The position numbers and the translations under genes are program-made. Positions 1 through 8,856 of a stretch of 64,000 nucleotides of DNA are shown here, piece by piece. Below the pieces are notes generated by a model. The model saw only the letters and a program-made list of their open reading frames with translations. It had not been told where the DNA came from and did not search any database. Where the stretch lies: the IMG/VR virus record IMGVR_UViG_3300042332_000818, positions 1 through 64,000 of that record; one strand, written 5' to 3'. The stretch is from a virus. Positions within the stretch are counted from its first letter, which is position 1. The number at the start of each line of letters is the position of its first letter.

Positions 1-2
1 TC

Positions 3-629
3 CAGCTTAATGGTACAGATCTCCTCCTTAGAGATCTTAATGTATTCTGCACTACTAAAGCTAATCATAGACAAGTTCTTGAGCAGCTTAAGCAGATGGC
101 AATGACCAATAATACTACTGGTGCAAGTATCTACGATCTTGGTAATATCCTTAAATCAGATAACATTGCAGAGGTTACTCGCATTCTTAAAGAAGCTGAA
201 GCTAAGCAACAAGGTCAGAAAGAAGCTGAGATGCAGCAAATGCAGCAGATGAAAGAGCAAGAGATTCAGGCTCGTCAGCAAGAAGCTATGATGAAGATGC
301 AGTTTGAGCAAGAAGAAGCTGACAAGAATCGTCAGAAAGATATTACGGTTGCTGAGATTAGAGCTGCTGGATATGGTTCTATGCAAGACATTAATAAGAA
401 TGAGGTTTCTGATTTCCAAGATGCTCTTAAAGACATCAGAGAGTCAGATCGCTATAGAGAGCAGATGAATCTGAAGAGAGAATCTGAGGTTAATAAGGGT
501 GCAATGCATCAAGATAAGATGAGTATTGAGCGTGAAAAGCTGCAAACACAGCGTGAAATAGCTGATAAGCAATTGCAGATTGCTCGTGAGAATAAAAATA
601 AATATGATGTTAAAGGAAGTAAAAAGTAA
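3..629 (+). CDS. Portal protein, C-terminal fragment (5'-truncated)
   Basis: Frame is open from base 3 (QLNGTDLLLRDLNVFCTT...) through the ATG at 96 to TAA at 629. Q/E/K-rich coiled-coil tail. Position before scaffold and MCP matches crAss-like gene order. Confidence 0.7.
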   Translation, partial: QLNGTDLLLRDLNVFCTTKANHRQVLEQLKQMAMTNNTTGASIYDLGNILKSDNIAEVTRILKEAEAKQQGQKEAEMQQMQQMKEQEIQARQQEAMMKMQFEQEEADKNRQKDITVAEIRAAGYGSMQDINKNEVSDFQDALKDIRESDRYREQMNLKRESEVNKGAMHQDKMSIEREKLQTQREIADKQLQIARENKNKYDVKGSKK

Positions 630-679
630 CTATAGCCTTATTACTGCAAATTTTTTATAGAGAACCGCTAAACGGGTAC

Positions 680-723
680 AAATCTTATAAGTTTATCTGA
701 TTTGCAATCCGTATATTATTAAT
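680..723 (+). promoter_or_regulatory. Putative promoter of the capsid operon (GTATATT box at 711) with an upstream imperfect palindrome
   Basis: Intergenic GTATATT box shared with several other intergenic regions. AAATCTTATAAGTTTA at 680-695 resembles 45321-45337. Confidence 0.45.
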
Positions 724-747
724 GAGATAAACCAAAACATTGACATA

Positions 748-2013
748 ATGGCTGACGATAAAACCAACGTTACGGACCTGACAACTGTAAACCAAGTAGA
801 CATTGATCTTGATGATCTGTTTGGTGGGGCTCCAGGTTCTGACAGTATCGTTCTTCCTAATTCAGATCAGAAGAAACCTAATATGTTTTCAACTGGTGCA
901 GTAGACCTCTCCTTCATTGATGAAGAGGATGATACTGATACTGATGACGGAAAAGCAACTGCCGATAATAACTCGGATGTTGCTAATGACACTAAAGCAG
1001 ATGCTACAACAGATACTTTAGATGACATTTTAAACGATACTGATGATCAGAATGATGAACCCTCAAAAGCTGGACGTAAGAAATTAGATAAATCAGGACT
1101 TGTAGAAGTCATGTCTAAACTGGTAGAAGAAGAACTTCTTATTCCGTTTGATGATGACAAGTCCTTTGAAGAGTATACAACGGCAGATTGGAAGGAGCTT
1201 TTAGAAGCAAACTTCCAAGAAAGAGAAAACAAAGTGAGGCAGGAAACTCCTCAACAGTTCTTTGAATCACTACCTGAAGAGCTTCAATATGCTGCTAAGT
1301 ATGTTGCTGACGGTGGACAAGATCTAAAAGGTTTGTTTAGAGCCTTGGCAGAAGCAGAAGAGACACGCGAGTTGTCTATTGAATCTGAAAATGGTCAAGA
1401 AGAAATTATTAGACAATACCTTTTGAATACAGGTTTCGGTACTTCAGAAGAGATTGCTGAAGAAATTGAAACTTGGAAAGATCTTGGTAAACTTGAACAA
1501 CAGGCTAAGAAGTTTAAACCGAAGTTGGATGCAATGCAAGAAGAGATCCTTATGGATAGACTTGCTGAGCAAGAGCAAATGAAAAAGCAACAAGAAGCTG
1601 CTGCTCGTCAATACATGCAAAATGTATATGAAGCTCTTAAACCCGGTGAGGTAAACGGTATTAAGCTTGATAAGAAAACTCAAGCTTCTCTGTATCAGGG
1701 TCTGGTACAACCAAATTACCCCTCTTATATGTCAGGTAAAAAGACTAACCTCTTAGGTCACCTTCTGGAGAAATACCAGTTTGTGGAGCCTAATTACGGT
1801 TTGATTGCGGAAGCTGCATGGTTGCTTTCTGATCCGGAAGGATATAGAAACAAAGTGCAGGAGATTGGTAAAAACAAAGCAGTTGAAAAAACTGTACGCC
1901 AACTTAAAACTGAGCAATCAAATAGAGCAAGTTCAACTGCTGCTAACATCAATGATGGTGAGCCAAGCAGAAGAACTATCACTCGTCCCGGAAACATTTT
2001 TAAACGAAACTAA
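748..2013 (+). CDS. Putative scaffolding / head assembly protein
   Basis: 421 aa with a very acidic disordered N-terminus and helical C-terminus; lies between portal and MCP. Confidence 0.65.
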   Translation: MADDKTNVTDLTTVNQVDIDLDDLFGGAPGSDSIVLPNSDQKKPNMFSTGAVDLSFIDEEDDTDTDDGKATADNNSDVANDTKADATTDTLDDILNDTDDQNDEPSKAGRKKLDKSGLVEVMSKLVEEELLIPFDDDKSFEEYTTADWKELLEANFQERENKVRQETPQQFFESLPEELQYAAKYVADGGQDLKGLFRALAEAEETRELSIESENGQEEIIRQYLLNTGFGTSEEIAEEIETWKDLGKLEQQAKKFKPKLDAMQEEILMDRLAEQEQMKKQQEAAARQYMQNVYEALKPGEVNGIKLDKKTQASLYQGLVQPNYPSYMSGKKTNLLGHLLEKYQFVEPNYGLIAEAAWLLSDPEGYRNKVQEIGKNKAVEKTVRQLKTEQSNRASSTAANINDGEPSRRTITRPGNIFKRN

Positions 2014-2059
2014 CTTTTTTCAATTAATTTTTTTTCATTAACCAAATCTATATTTCAAA

Positions 2060-3697
2060 ATGGCAACACCTGTTTTAAATAATGGTATCTTTTTGAGAGA
2101 TACTCAGTATCAGGCATCCAGCCATGTAGATTCTTACCACCTGGTAAACATGTTGAAGTCGGCTGAGCCGATGGACATGGGTCCAGTTGATTTGTGGGCT
2201 ATGGCACAAAAGGTAGAAATGCCTTTGTACCAAATGGCTTCTTTCGGCGGTAAGAACACTATCATGGTTGACAATGCTAAAGGAGAGTACAAGTGGCAAG
2301 TTCCTGTTACTCAAGACCTTCCTTACATCATTGAAGACATTGAGACTGGCAACACCTCTAAGGGTATTGACGGAACTACCTTCAAAATTAAAGTAAATAA
2401 GCGCTCTTTCGGTCATGGTGATATCATCACCTACGATAAGTACAATGGTGCTGAAATGTACATCACTGCAGAAGATATCCTTCCTGCTGGTGACGGTTTC
2501 ATCTACACTGTACAGCTTGTAAACAACGACAACGTTAAGTTCTTGGACAACAAGTACCTTGCTTCTGGTACTAAGGTATTCCGTAAAGGTTCTGCACGTG
2601 GTGAGTATGGTGAGCGTTTTTCTGACATCGGAGAGTTTGGTGCTGGATTCCGTGAGTTCTACAACTTCGTAGGAGGTGCAGAAGCTCACGTACACTACAG
2701 CATCTCTAGCCGTGCTGACATGATGATCAAAGGTGGTCTTAACCAAGATGGTTCTGTACCTGTAACTGAGATCTGGAGAAACTTTGACAAGAACATTGAT
2801 CCTTCTATCACTTCTTTGGAAATGATGGCTAGCCGTATGGGTAAAGACTACGTTAAAAAAGCTATGGCAAATGGCTCTTTGAACCGTACCTTCTTGACCA
2901 CTCTTGAGGCTGCTCACCTGACCAAAATCTCTACTGACATTGAAACTTACCTCATGTGGGGTCATGGTGGACGTGTACGTCAAGATGGTCCGGATGATGT
3001 TCGTCTGTCTGTAGGTTTGTGGAAGCAGCTTGACAACTCATTCAAGCGTGTTTACAACAAGTCTTCTTTCTCTCTTGATATGTTCAAGGCTGAATTGTAC
3101 AACTTCTACCAAGGTCGTGTAGAACTGCAAGGTCCGGACCCCAAGCGTCAGATCATTGTTCAAACTGGTCTGGGTGGTATGAAGCTTGTTAACGAAGCTA
3201 TCAAGAAAGAGGCATTCGGAACTGGTCTTACCGGTATGGTTGTTAATGGTGATAAGTCTGGTATCAGCGCTATCTCTGGTTCTAGTGCAATGGATTTGAA
3301 CTTCGGTTTTGCATTCACTAGCTACGTGATTCCGTTCTTGGCAAACGTTAAGTTTGTTCTGAACCCTGCGTTTGACAACTTGCACACTAATGACATTGAG
3401 AACCCGTTGATTGACGGTCACCCCTTGAGCTCTTACAGCTTTGTAGTATTTGACATCACCGAAACTGGTAATGACAACATCTACTTGTTGAAGCTTTCTT
3501 GGGATAACCAATTGAAGTGGTTCTACCAGAACGGTACTATGGACTACATGGGACGTACTCAAGGTTTCCAGTCTTCTGGTAACTTTAACGGATACCGTGT
3601 GTTCATGACTCAGAACATGCCTGCTCTGTGGGTTAAAGACGCTACTAAAGTGTTGAAGATCGTTATGAGAAACCCAATCACTGGTGGATCATTCTAA
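2060..3697 (+). CDS. Major capsid protein (crAss-like)
   Basis: 545 aa with strongly optimised codon usage (AAC, TTC, CGT, GGT), followed by a terminator. Size and synteny fit the crAss-like MCP. Confidence 0.85.
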   Translation: MATPVLNNGIFLRDTQYQASSHVDSYHLVNMLKSAEPMDMGPVDLWAMAQKVEMPLYQMASFGGKNTIMVDNAKGEYKWQVPVTQDLPYIIEDIETGNTSKGIDGTTFKIKVNKRSFGHGDIITYDKYNGAEMYITAEDILPAGDGFIYTVQLVNNDNVKFLDNKYLASGTKVFRKGSARGEYGERFSDIGEFGAGFREFYNFVGGAEAHVHYSISSRADMMIKGGLNQDGSVPVTEIWRNFDKNIDPSITSLEMMASRMGKDYVKKAMANGSLNRTFLTTLEAAHLTKISTDIETYLMWGHGGRVRQDGPDDVRLSVGLWKQLDNSFKRVYNKSSFSLDMFKAELYNFYQGRVELQGPDPKRQIIVQTGLGGMKLVNEAIKKEAFGTGLTGMVVNGDKSGISAISGSSAMDLNFGFAFTSYVIPFLANVKFVLNPAFDNLHTNDIENPLIDGHPLSSYSFVVFDITETGNDNIYLLKLSWDNQLKWFYQNGTMDYMGRTQGFQSSGNFNGYRVFMTQNMPALWVKDATKVLKIVMRNPITGGSF

Positions 3698-3705
3698 TAA
3701 CAAAT

Positions 3706-3741
3706 AGGGTAGAGGGGGTAGCAATGCCCCCTTATACCTTT
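3706..3741 (+). terminator. Intrinsic terminator / hairpin after MCP
   Basis: GGGGGTA-GCAA-TGCCCCC stem-loop with extended AGGGT/ACCTT flanks and a short T run. Confidence 0.65.
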
Positions 3742-3769
3742 ACCTTGTCGTGCATCATTTATGATGCTT

Positions 3770-3834
3770 CACCTGTGCATGCCAGCAGATTTGTTTCTAG
3801 AACAAGTTTAGAGGTCGGCAGCCTCTCCAGGTAC
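3770..3834 (+). ncRNA. Degenerate tRNA-like cloverleaf with CUA anticodon
   Basis: Acceptor-like stem ACCTG/CAGGT; small D-like hairpin TGC-ATGCCA-GCA; anticodon arm TTTGT-TTCTAGA-ACAAG; 3-nt variable region; T-like arm AGAGG-TCGGCAG-CCTCT. No TTC motif and no CCA. Confidence 0.4.
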
Positions 3835-3885
3835 TAATTAGTGATAAACCCCAAAACCAATAATTATTAACCAACAAAAATCACT

Positions 3886-4902
3886 ATGTCATCTGTAACA
3901 ATCGTTGAGAAGTATCAACAAACCAAGAGCAACAAGGTTGCTGTTAAACCGTTCTTTGAATCTACCGTGACCAATATGGGTCTTGAAAAATATGGGATGT
4001 CTCTCATGGATGGTGTTTATCACGAGGAGCAGCTTGCTTGCTTGGAAATGAATGGAATTAAGCGTTATATAACAGGGCTTAATGAGTTTGCTCCTGAAGT
4101 AAAGCTTCTTCCTGATGACCAAAGAGATGCAGTAGTTCAAGATATCCGTAAGACTGTAGCACAGCTTGAAAGAGAACTTGCTGCTAATATGCTTAATACG
4201 GATGATCCTGAGTTTTGGAACAAGGTAAAACTTCTCCGTCCAGACAATGATGAGTTCTGGGGAAAGATTACCATTCGTTGTGGTAATGAACCTTTGTTCT
4301 TAGATCCCTTAAAAGACCCATATGATCTGATTAAACTTCGTGCTATTGAAGCTGGTGGTTTTTCAATTGTAGCAAAGAGCTTGCAACATGCTAAGTCTAT
4401 GCCGGTTGCACCTAAGTTCTTCCTTGATAAAGTTGAAAATACAGCTTCTACTACCACAGAACTTAAGAAGTTGCGCAACAAAGCTCTTGCTGAATTGCAA
4501 AAACTTTACGATAAATCTCCTCAAAAACTTTTTCTTGTGGCAAAAGTTGTTGATATTAATAGTGCGCAGTATAAAAAGTCTACCCCTAATGATGTTATTT
4601 ATGACAACATGGATAGATTTATTAACGGTGAGTCTGTAGAAAAGAATAAGAAGAAAACTGCTGAGCAGTTTTTGGATGCTGCTAGACAAGATATGGAAAC
4701 AATTAAGATCAGAGCCGTTGTGAAGGATGCAACATATTACCGCTTCCTTGCAACAAAACCAGACGGCTTTATCTACCATATGGATTCTGGAACAGCTCTT
4801 GGAAAGACACCGTTGGCTGTCATTGAATATTTGAAGAACCCACTCAATCAAGAAGTTCTTATTGGACTGATGGAAAGAGTAGAAAAAATGTGGAACGAAT
4901 AA
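3886..4902 (+). CDS. Conserved crAss-like head-module protein downstream of MCP
   Basis: 338-aa ORF with an A-rich leader; syntenic position directly after MCP. Confidence 0.65.
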   Translation: MSSVTIVEKYQQTKSNKVAVKPFFESTVTNMGLEKYGMSLMDGVYHEEQLACLEMNGIKRYITGLNEFAPEVKLLPDDQRDAVVQDIRKTVAQLERELAANMLNTDDPEFWNKVKLLRPDNDEFWGKITIRCGNEPLFLDPLKDPYDLIKLRAIEAGGFSIVAKSLQHAKSMPVAPKFFLDKVENTASTTTELKKLRNKALAELQKLYDKSPQKLFLVAKVVDINSAQYKKSTPNDVIYDNMDRFINGESVEKNKKKTAEQFLDAARQDMETIKIRAVVKDATYYRFLATKPDGFIYHMDSGTALGKTPLAVIEYLKNPLNQEVLIGLMERVEKMWNE

Positions 4903-5012
4903 TGGCTGAAGATAAAGATCCATTTGCAGATTGGTTAGGGGAGCTTGAAAAAGCTCCTCAACCCACCTGTAATATTGACAATCCTGAAGATTGTGAAGCT
5001 TGCGGTAGTTAA
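4902..5012 (+). CDS. 36-aa acidic protein ending CNIDNPEDCEACGS (not in ORF track)
   Basis: ATG overlaps the upstream stop (TAATG). Translates MAEDKDPFADWLGELEKAPQPTCNIDNPEDCEACGS*. Confidence 0.7.
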   Translation: MAEDKDPFADWLGELEKAPQPTCNIDNPEDCEACGS

Positions 5013-5027
5013 TGAAGTGTTTAATCC

Positions 5028-5162
5028 ATGAATAAGAAAAAATTATCACCAGAAAAAGGTCCAAGAAAAATGAAGCTTTATGATGAAAGCTTGGATAAAA
5101 AGAAGTACGGTGGTGCATCAACTAACAAGTCTGTTAAAAAAGGCTTTAAAAGAATGAAGTAA
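5028..5162 (+). CDS. 44-aa basic protein with KKYGG motif (not in ORF track)
   Basis: MNKKKLSPEKGPRKMKLYDESLDKKKYGGASTNKSVKKGFKRMK*. Its stop overlaps the next ATG (TAATG). Confidence 0.6.
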   Translation: MNKKKLSPEKGPRKMKLYDESLDKKKYGGASTNKSVKKGFKRMK

Positions 5163-5863
5163 TGACTAATGCAGCTCTACAGCTTAAGATTAAGCAGCGT
5201 CTTAACAAGCTGGCCAGCAATGACTATGATAACATAGAGTGTTGGCAGATAGTAGAGGCTTTTAATAAAGCTCAAGTTGAATGGGTGCGCCGTCAATTGC
5301 ACGGTAATAACCTATTTAAAGAGGGTGATGAAGGCTCTAAGAGACGTGTAGATGATCTGCAGATTCTTCTTACTCAGAGTAAACTGTACGGTAATAATAG
5401 AAAGAAGTACTTTGAATCAAAAGAACTTCCTTCTAATTACCTGCAGTATAAGCGTGTAGATGCTTATGCTAAATCTGAATGCTGCCCTGAAAGAGGGATT
5501 ACAGTATATCTAGCAGAGGAGGCAAACGCTGAACAATTGCTTAGAGACATGTATCGTCAACCAAGTTTTGAATGGGGTGAGACTTTTTGTACGTTGATTG
5601 GTAATAGAATAAGAGTGTATACTGATAACAAGTTTGATTTGTCAGATTGCAGTTTTACTTATTACAGACAACCAAGAAGAATTGAAATTCTGAACTGTGT
5701 TGATCCTTATACTGGAGTTGCTTCTACTCAAGATATTATCTGTGAATTTAAAGATGATATTGTAGAACTACTTATTGATGAAACAGCAAGCATTCTTGCT
5801 GGTGATATTGAATCTACTAATCAGTTCCAAAGAGGAACACAATCAGCTGAACGCAGTAACTAA
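5162..5863 (+). CDS. Putative ring / head-tail adaptor protein
   Basis: 233 aa. Helical N-terminus (FNKAQ..W), beta-rich middle with YYRQP, helical end; resembles crAss ring-protein architecture. Confidence 0.55.
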   Translation: MTNAALQLKIKQRLNKLASNDYDNIECWQIVEAFNKAQVEWVRRQLHGNNLFKEGDEGSKRRVDDLQILLTQSKLYGNNRKKYFESKELPSNYLQYKRVDAYAKSECCPERGITVYLAEEANAEQLLRDMYRQPSFEWGETFCTLIGNRIRVYTDNKFDLSDCSFTYYRQPRRIEILNCVDPYTGVASTQDIICEFKDDIVELLIDETASILAGDIESTNQFQRGTQSAERSN

Positions 5864-6267
5864 TGGCACTACAAAGACTCAAAACGTCTGAAGATAAAGC
5901 ATTTGCAACTTTGGTTGGCAATTTGTTTGCATCTACTACGGCAGCTCATATGCTGCATTTAAAGGTAACCGGTGAAGGTTCTTACGCTCAGCATAAAGCT
6001 CTTGGTAAGTACTATGAGTCTCTTCCTGGATTTCTTGATTCAATTGTTGAAGGATATCAAGGTCATCATCTTAAGCTTCTTGAACCTACAGTTGTGACTC
6101 CTCCGAGCTTAAAGACTGTAAAAGAGTTTGTTGATCATCTAAATTCTTTGTATATTATTATTGACGAAGCACAGCAAGCAACTATGTGTAGTTCTTTAAA
6201 GAACGTACTAGATGAAGCTAAAAGCTTAGTCAACACTACAAAATACAAGCTCTATTTCTTGAGCTAG
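5863..6267 (+). CDS. Ferritin-like (Dps/DUF5856-type) protein
   Basis: AHMLHL...SYAQHKALGKYYE...DSIVEGYQG...KYKLYFL four-helix-bundle signature. Confidence 0.7.
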   Translation: MALQRLKTSEDKAFATLVGNLFASTTAAHMLHLKVTGEGSYAQHKALGKYYESLPGFLDSIVEGYQGHHLKLLEPTVVTPPSLKTVKEFVDHLNSLYIIIDEAQQATMCSSLKNVLDEAKSLVNTTKYKLYFLS

Positions 6268-6301
6268 TTGTTTTTTCTTTTAACCTAAATTCTTTTCAAT
6301 C

Positions 6302-7432
6302 ATGGCATATTTTCCCCATGCGTACAAGAAAGTCTTTGTTGCTGCTTCTGTAGAGGCTGCTGCTGGACAAAAGTCGCACCAACTGTCTGCTGGTGAGCTG
6401 GCACTGTTGGACAAAACATTTACTTCGGTTGCTGCTGGAGGTGCTGTTGCAGGTGGTCTTTACTACTTGGCACAAGGTAGCTACCACACTGTAGACAAGC
6501 TTGGACCCCATCACGGTGGTTACAAGGAGTCTGTAAAATCTAAGGGTATCAACCCTAAGTTCATTAGCAAAATCTGGACTGTAGACGCTGAAACCGCTAC
6601 TGCTGCTACTGCTACCATTGAAACTACTTCTGGTGAAGTATTTGCAAAGGGTGAGGCTGTATACTTGCGTGTAGACGTTAAAGGTTCACCTGCTCTCCGT
6701 TTCTTGGGCCGTAACAGCTACTTTGTTGCTGACTACACTGTAGAGTGTCAAGCTGGTAACACTGTTGAGCCTGCTGCTGTTCTTCTTGAAATTGCTGCAC
6801 AAATCACTTCTGACAATCTGGTTGGTCCGTTTGTAGCTGCTACCGTACAACATTACGATCCTGCTGCTAACTCTGGTGCTGGTGCTTGGGTTACTGTAAC
6901 TGCTGCTGCTGGTTCAGCTTCTGGTTCTCACAAGAAAGCTCGTTTGATCTTGACTGGTGCATATGTAGATACCACTTTTGGTGACTGCTCTTTTGCTCCG
7001 ACCGATTTCTACGAGAAAGAGCCCGTACAAATTCTGTTGGGTGAGCTTGATGAGACTGGTAACGCTTGTGGTACTGGTAACTTTACTGCTCCTGTTGTTG
7101 TTGCTGGAAAGCAAGGTAACGGATTTGGTGAGACTGTTCTTCGTGAGTTCATTCTGTCTAACAGATACGCTCAAGAAGATTTCCAGACTGACCCCAGAAT
7201 GCGTGAAATCTTGAATGACATTGCTTTGACCGGTGTATCTCGCACTGCTACTTACAAAGCATTCAACATTCTTCACAACATCCCACGTTCATACAATCCT
7301 TCTGGTATGCACAACAGTGACCAGTACTTGCTGACTGTTTACGCTGTAGACGGTTCTGCTGCTGCAACTGCTGTAGGTGCTATCTTGACTGACTTGGCTG
7401 ATGCCGCTGGTGTGACTGTAGAGACTTACTAA
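6302..7432 (+). CDS. Abundant structural protein (auxiliary capsid protein candidate)
   Basis: 376 aa, Ala/Gly/Thr-rich, codon usage as optimised as MCP, followed by a terminator. Confidence 0.6.
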   Translation: MAYFPHAYKKVFVAASVEAAAGQKSHQLSAGELALLDKTFTSVAAGGAVAGGLYYLAQGSYHTVDKLGPHHGGYKESVKSKGINPKFISKIWTVDAETATAATATIETTSGEVFAKGEAVYLRVDVKGSPALRFLGRNSYFVADYTVECQAGNTVEPAAVLLEIAAQITSDNLVGPFVAATVQHYDPAANSGAGAWVTVTAAAGSASGSHKKARLILTGAYVDTTFGDCSFAPTDFYEKEPVQILLGELDETGNACGTGNFTAPVVVAGKQGNGFGETVLREFILSNRYAQEDFQTDPRMREILNDIALTGVSRTATYKAFNILHNIPRSYNPSGMHNSDQYLLTVYAVDGSAAATAVGAILTDLADAAGVTVETY

Positions 7433-7452
7433 GAGTTCTTAGTAAAGAAATT

Positions 7453-7496
7453 AGGGGGAGTGAGAGTTTTTATAACTCTTCTCCCCTTTTTTCTTT
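7453..7496 (+). terminator. Intrinsic terminator
   Basis: AGGGGGAG..AGAGTT-loop-AACTCT.CTCCCCT hairpin followed by a T tract. Confidence 0.8.
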
Positions 7497-7526
7497 GATA
7501 TATAGATCATTTTTAGTAAATTAATT
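7494..7526 (+). promoter_or_regulatory. Bacteroidetes-like promoter
   Basis: TTTG (7494-7497), 19-nt spacer, TAAATTA. Confidence 0.5.
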
Positions 7527-7560
7527 ATGAGCACAACTCTGTGCGTAATTCTTGTCTGTT

Positions 7561-8097
7561 ATGGGAGCGAAACATCATTTAAGTTTAGAAATTCCGGAAA
7601 CTGCCAACACTAAACTTTTTAGAGTTAGTGATACTAGTTTCTATGCTAACGACTTAGCAGTAGAGTGCCCCACTCTCCAAATTCTTTCACCTGGTTTTAA
7701 TGTTCCTAAAGATGTAGAAGCAATTCCAGGGTTTAATTATGTACTCAATGCTTGCACACTTGGTACTCAAGTATCTGGTTGTGGAGATGTAAATGCTGAT
7801 CTTGCTGATGGTATTTACGTTATTCGTTATAGTGTGTCTCCAAACACACAAGTATTTGTTGAGTATAACTACTTGAGAGTTACTGCGGCACTTAACCTTT
7901 ATTACTCAAAGCTTGGTCAATTGGACGTAAAAGCTTGTGAGCCTGATCAAGAAGTTAAAAAGAATCTTGCTGAAATGCGTTTGATCAAATCAATGATTGA
8001 TGCAGCAAAAGCAAAAGTTGAATATTGCCACAACCCTAAAGAGGGTTATGAACTCTTCGTATATGCTCTAAGACGTTTAGAGAAAGTTTGTGTCTAA
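7561..8097 (+). CDS. Structural protein (tail hub candidate)
   Basis: ATG at 7561 preferred over TTG at 7552; contains LADGIY.IRY; first gene of the fibre block. Confidence 0.55.
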   Translation: MGAKHHLSLEIPETANTKLFRVSDTSFYANDLAVECPTLQILSPGFNVPKDVEAIPGFNYVLNACTLGTQVSGCGDVNADLADGIYVIRYSVSPNTQVFVEYNYLRVTAALNLYYSKLGQLDVKACEPDQEVKKNLAEMRLIKSMIDAAKAKVEYCHNPKEGYELFVYALRRLEKVCV

Positions 8098-8118
8098 TCT
8101 TTAAAAAACCAAAAACCA

Positions 8119-8250
8119 ATGGCTCTTTGTCCCAACTGCAGATCTGTTCTCTCTTGTGGCTGTCAACAACGTACAGCTTCTAATGGTGCTTCTATTTGTC
8201 AGAATTGCCAAACTGAATACGAGAAACAGTTACAGCAACAAAAGAAATAA
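8119..8250 (+). CDS. 43-aa Cys-rich (zinc-ribbon-like) protein (not in ORF track)
   Basis: MALCPNCRSVLSCGCQQRTASNGASICQNCQTEYEKQLQQQKK*. Fills the intergenic gap and has an AAAACCAA leader. Confidence 0.7.
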   Translation: MALCPNCRSVLSCGCQQRTASNGASICQNCQTEYEKQLQQQKK

Positions 8251-8252
8251 TT

Positions 8253-8855
8253 ATGACTAACGAAGATAAGGCAGGTATTTACGGTAAGTTCTCTGATTCT
8301 GTATATAAGAAGTTCAGAGAGCTTAGATACGGTATTACCTCTTGCTGTGATCATAAGTCCTTAGAGGAATATGAGATGAGCAAAGATCTTTGTGATTGGA
8401 AGCAGATTAAAGGTTCTCAAGACCTTTCTGATACTCAGATCAGATACTTTGCTAATATGCCTATCTTCGTTGATGGTCAGAGTGGAGAAATCAGCAGTGA
8501 TTCACACTACCGTTATGCCGGTTCTGCTTCTAACAGATCCGCTACTGTCACTTATGAATATGCTAGTGATGGTAATGTAAACATTATTGAAGTAAACTCT
8601 GGAGGAGCTGTTACACGTATTAACCTTAATCCGGTTATTAATATTGACAGACGTGCTCCATCAGAGTTCACCTTTGAGCAACTTACTCCTCTTGCTACTT
8701 GGGTTATTACTCACAACCTTGGATTTATTCCGGGTAATGAGCTTACTACAGATCTTAATGGTAATGAGATTGACGGTATTACTCGTCCTATTAATGAGAA
8801 TACAATTGAGATTTGCTTTAGTGAACCTGTTGCCGGATACGCATATTTGAGCTAA
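8253..8855 (+). CDS. Tail-associated structural protein
   Basis: 200 aa; C-terminal TWVITHNLG...GYAYLS domain shared with the next two genes. Confidence 0.6.
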   Translation: MTNEDKAGIYGKFSDSVYKKFRELRYGITSCCDHKSLEEYEMSKDLCDWKQIKGSQDLSDTQIRYFANMPIFVDGQSGEISSDSHYRYAGSASNRSATVTYEYASDGNVNIIEVNSGGAVTRINLNPVINIDRRAPSEFTFEQLTPLATWVITHNLGFIPGNELTTDLNGNEIDGITRPINENTIEICFSEPVAGYAYLS

Positions 8856-8856
8856 C

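Noticed and set aside
3770-3834. Canonical functional tRNA gene
   Set aside because: It lacks the TTC T-loop, a GG D-loop, full acceptor pairing and CCA, so it is reported only as a tRNA-like element.
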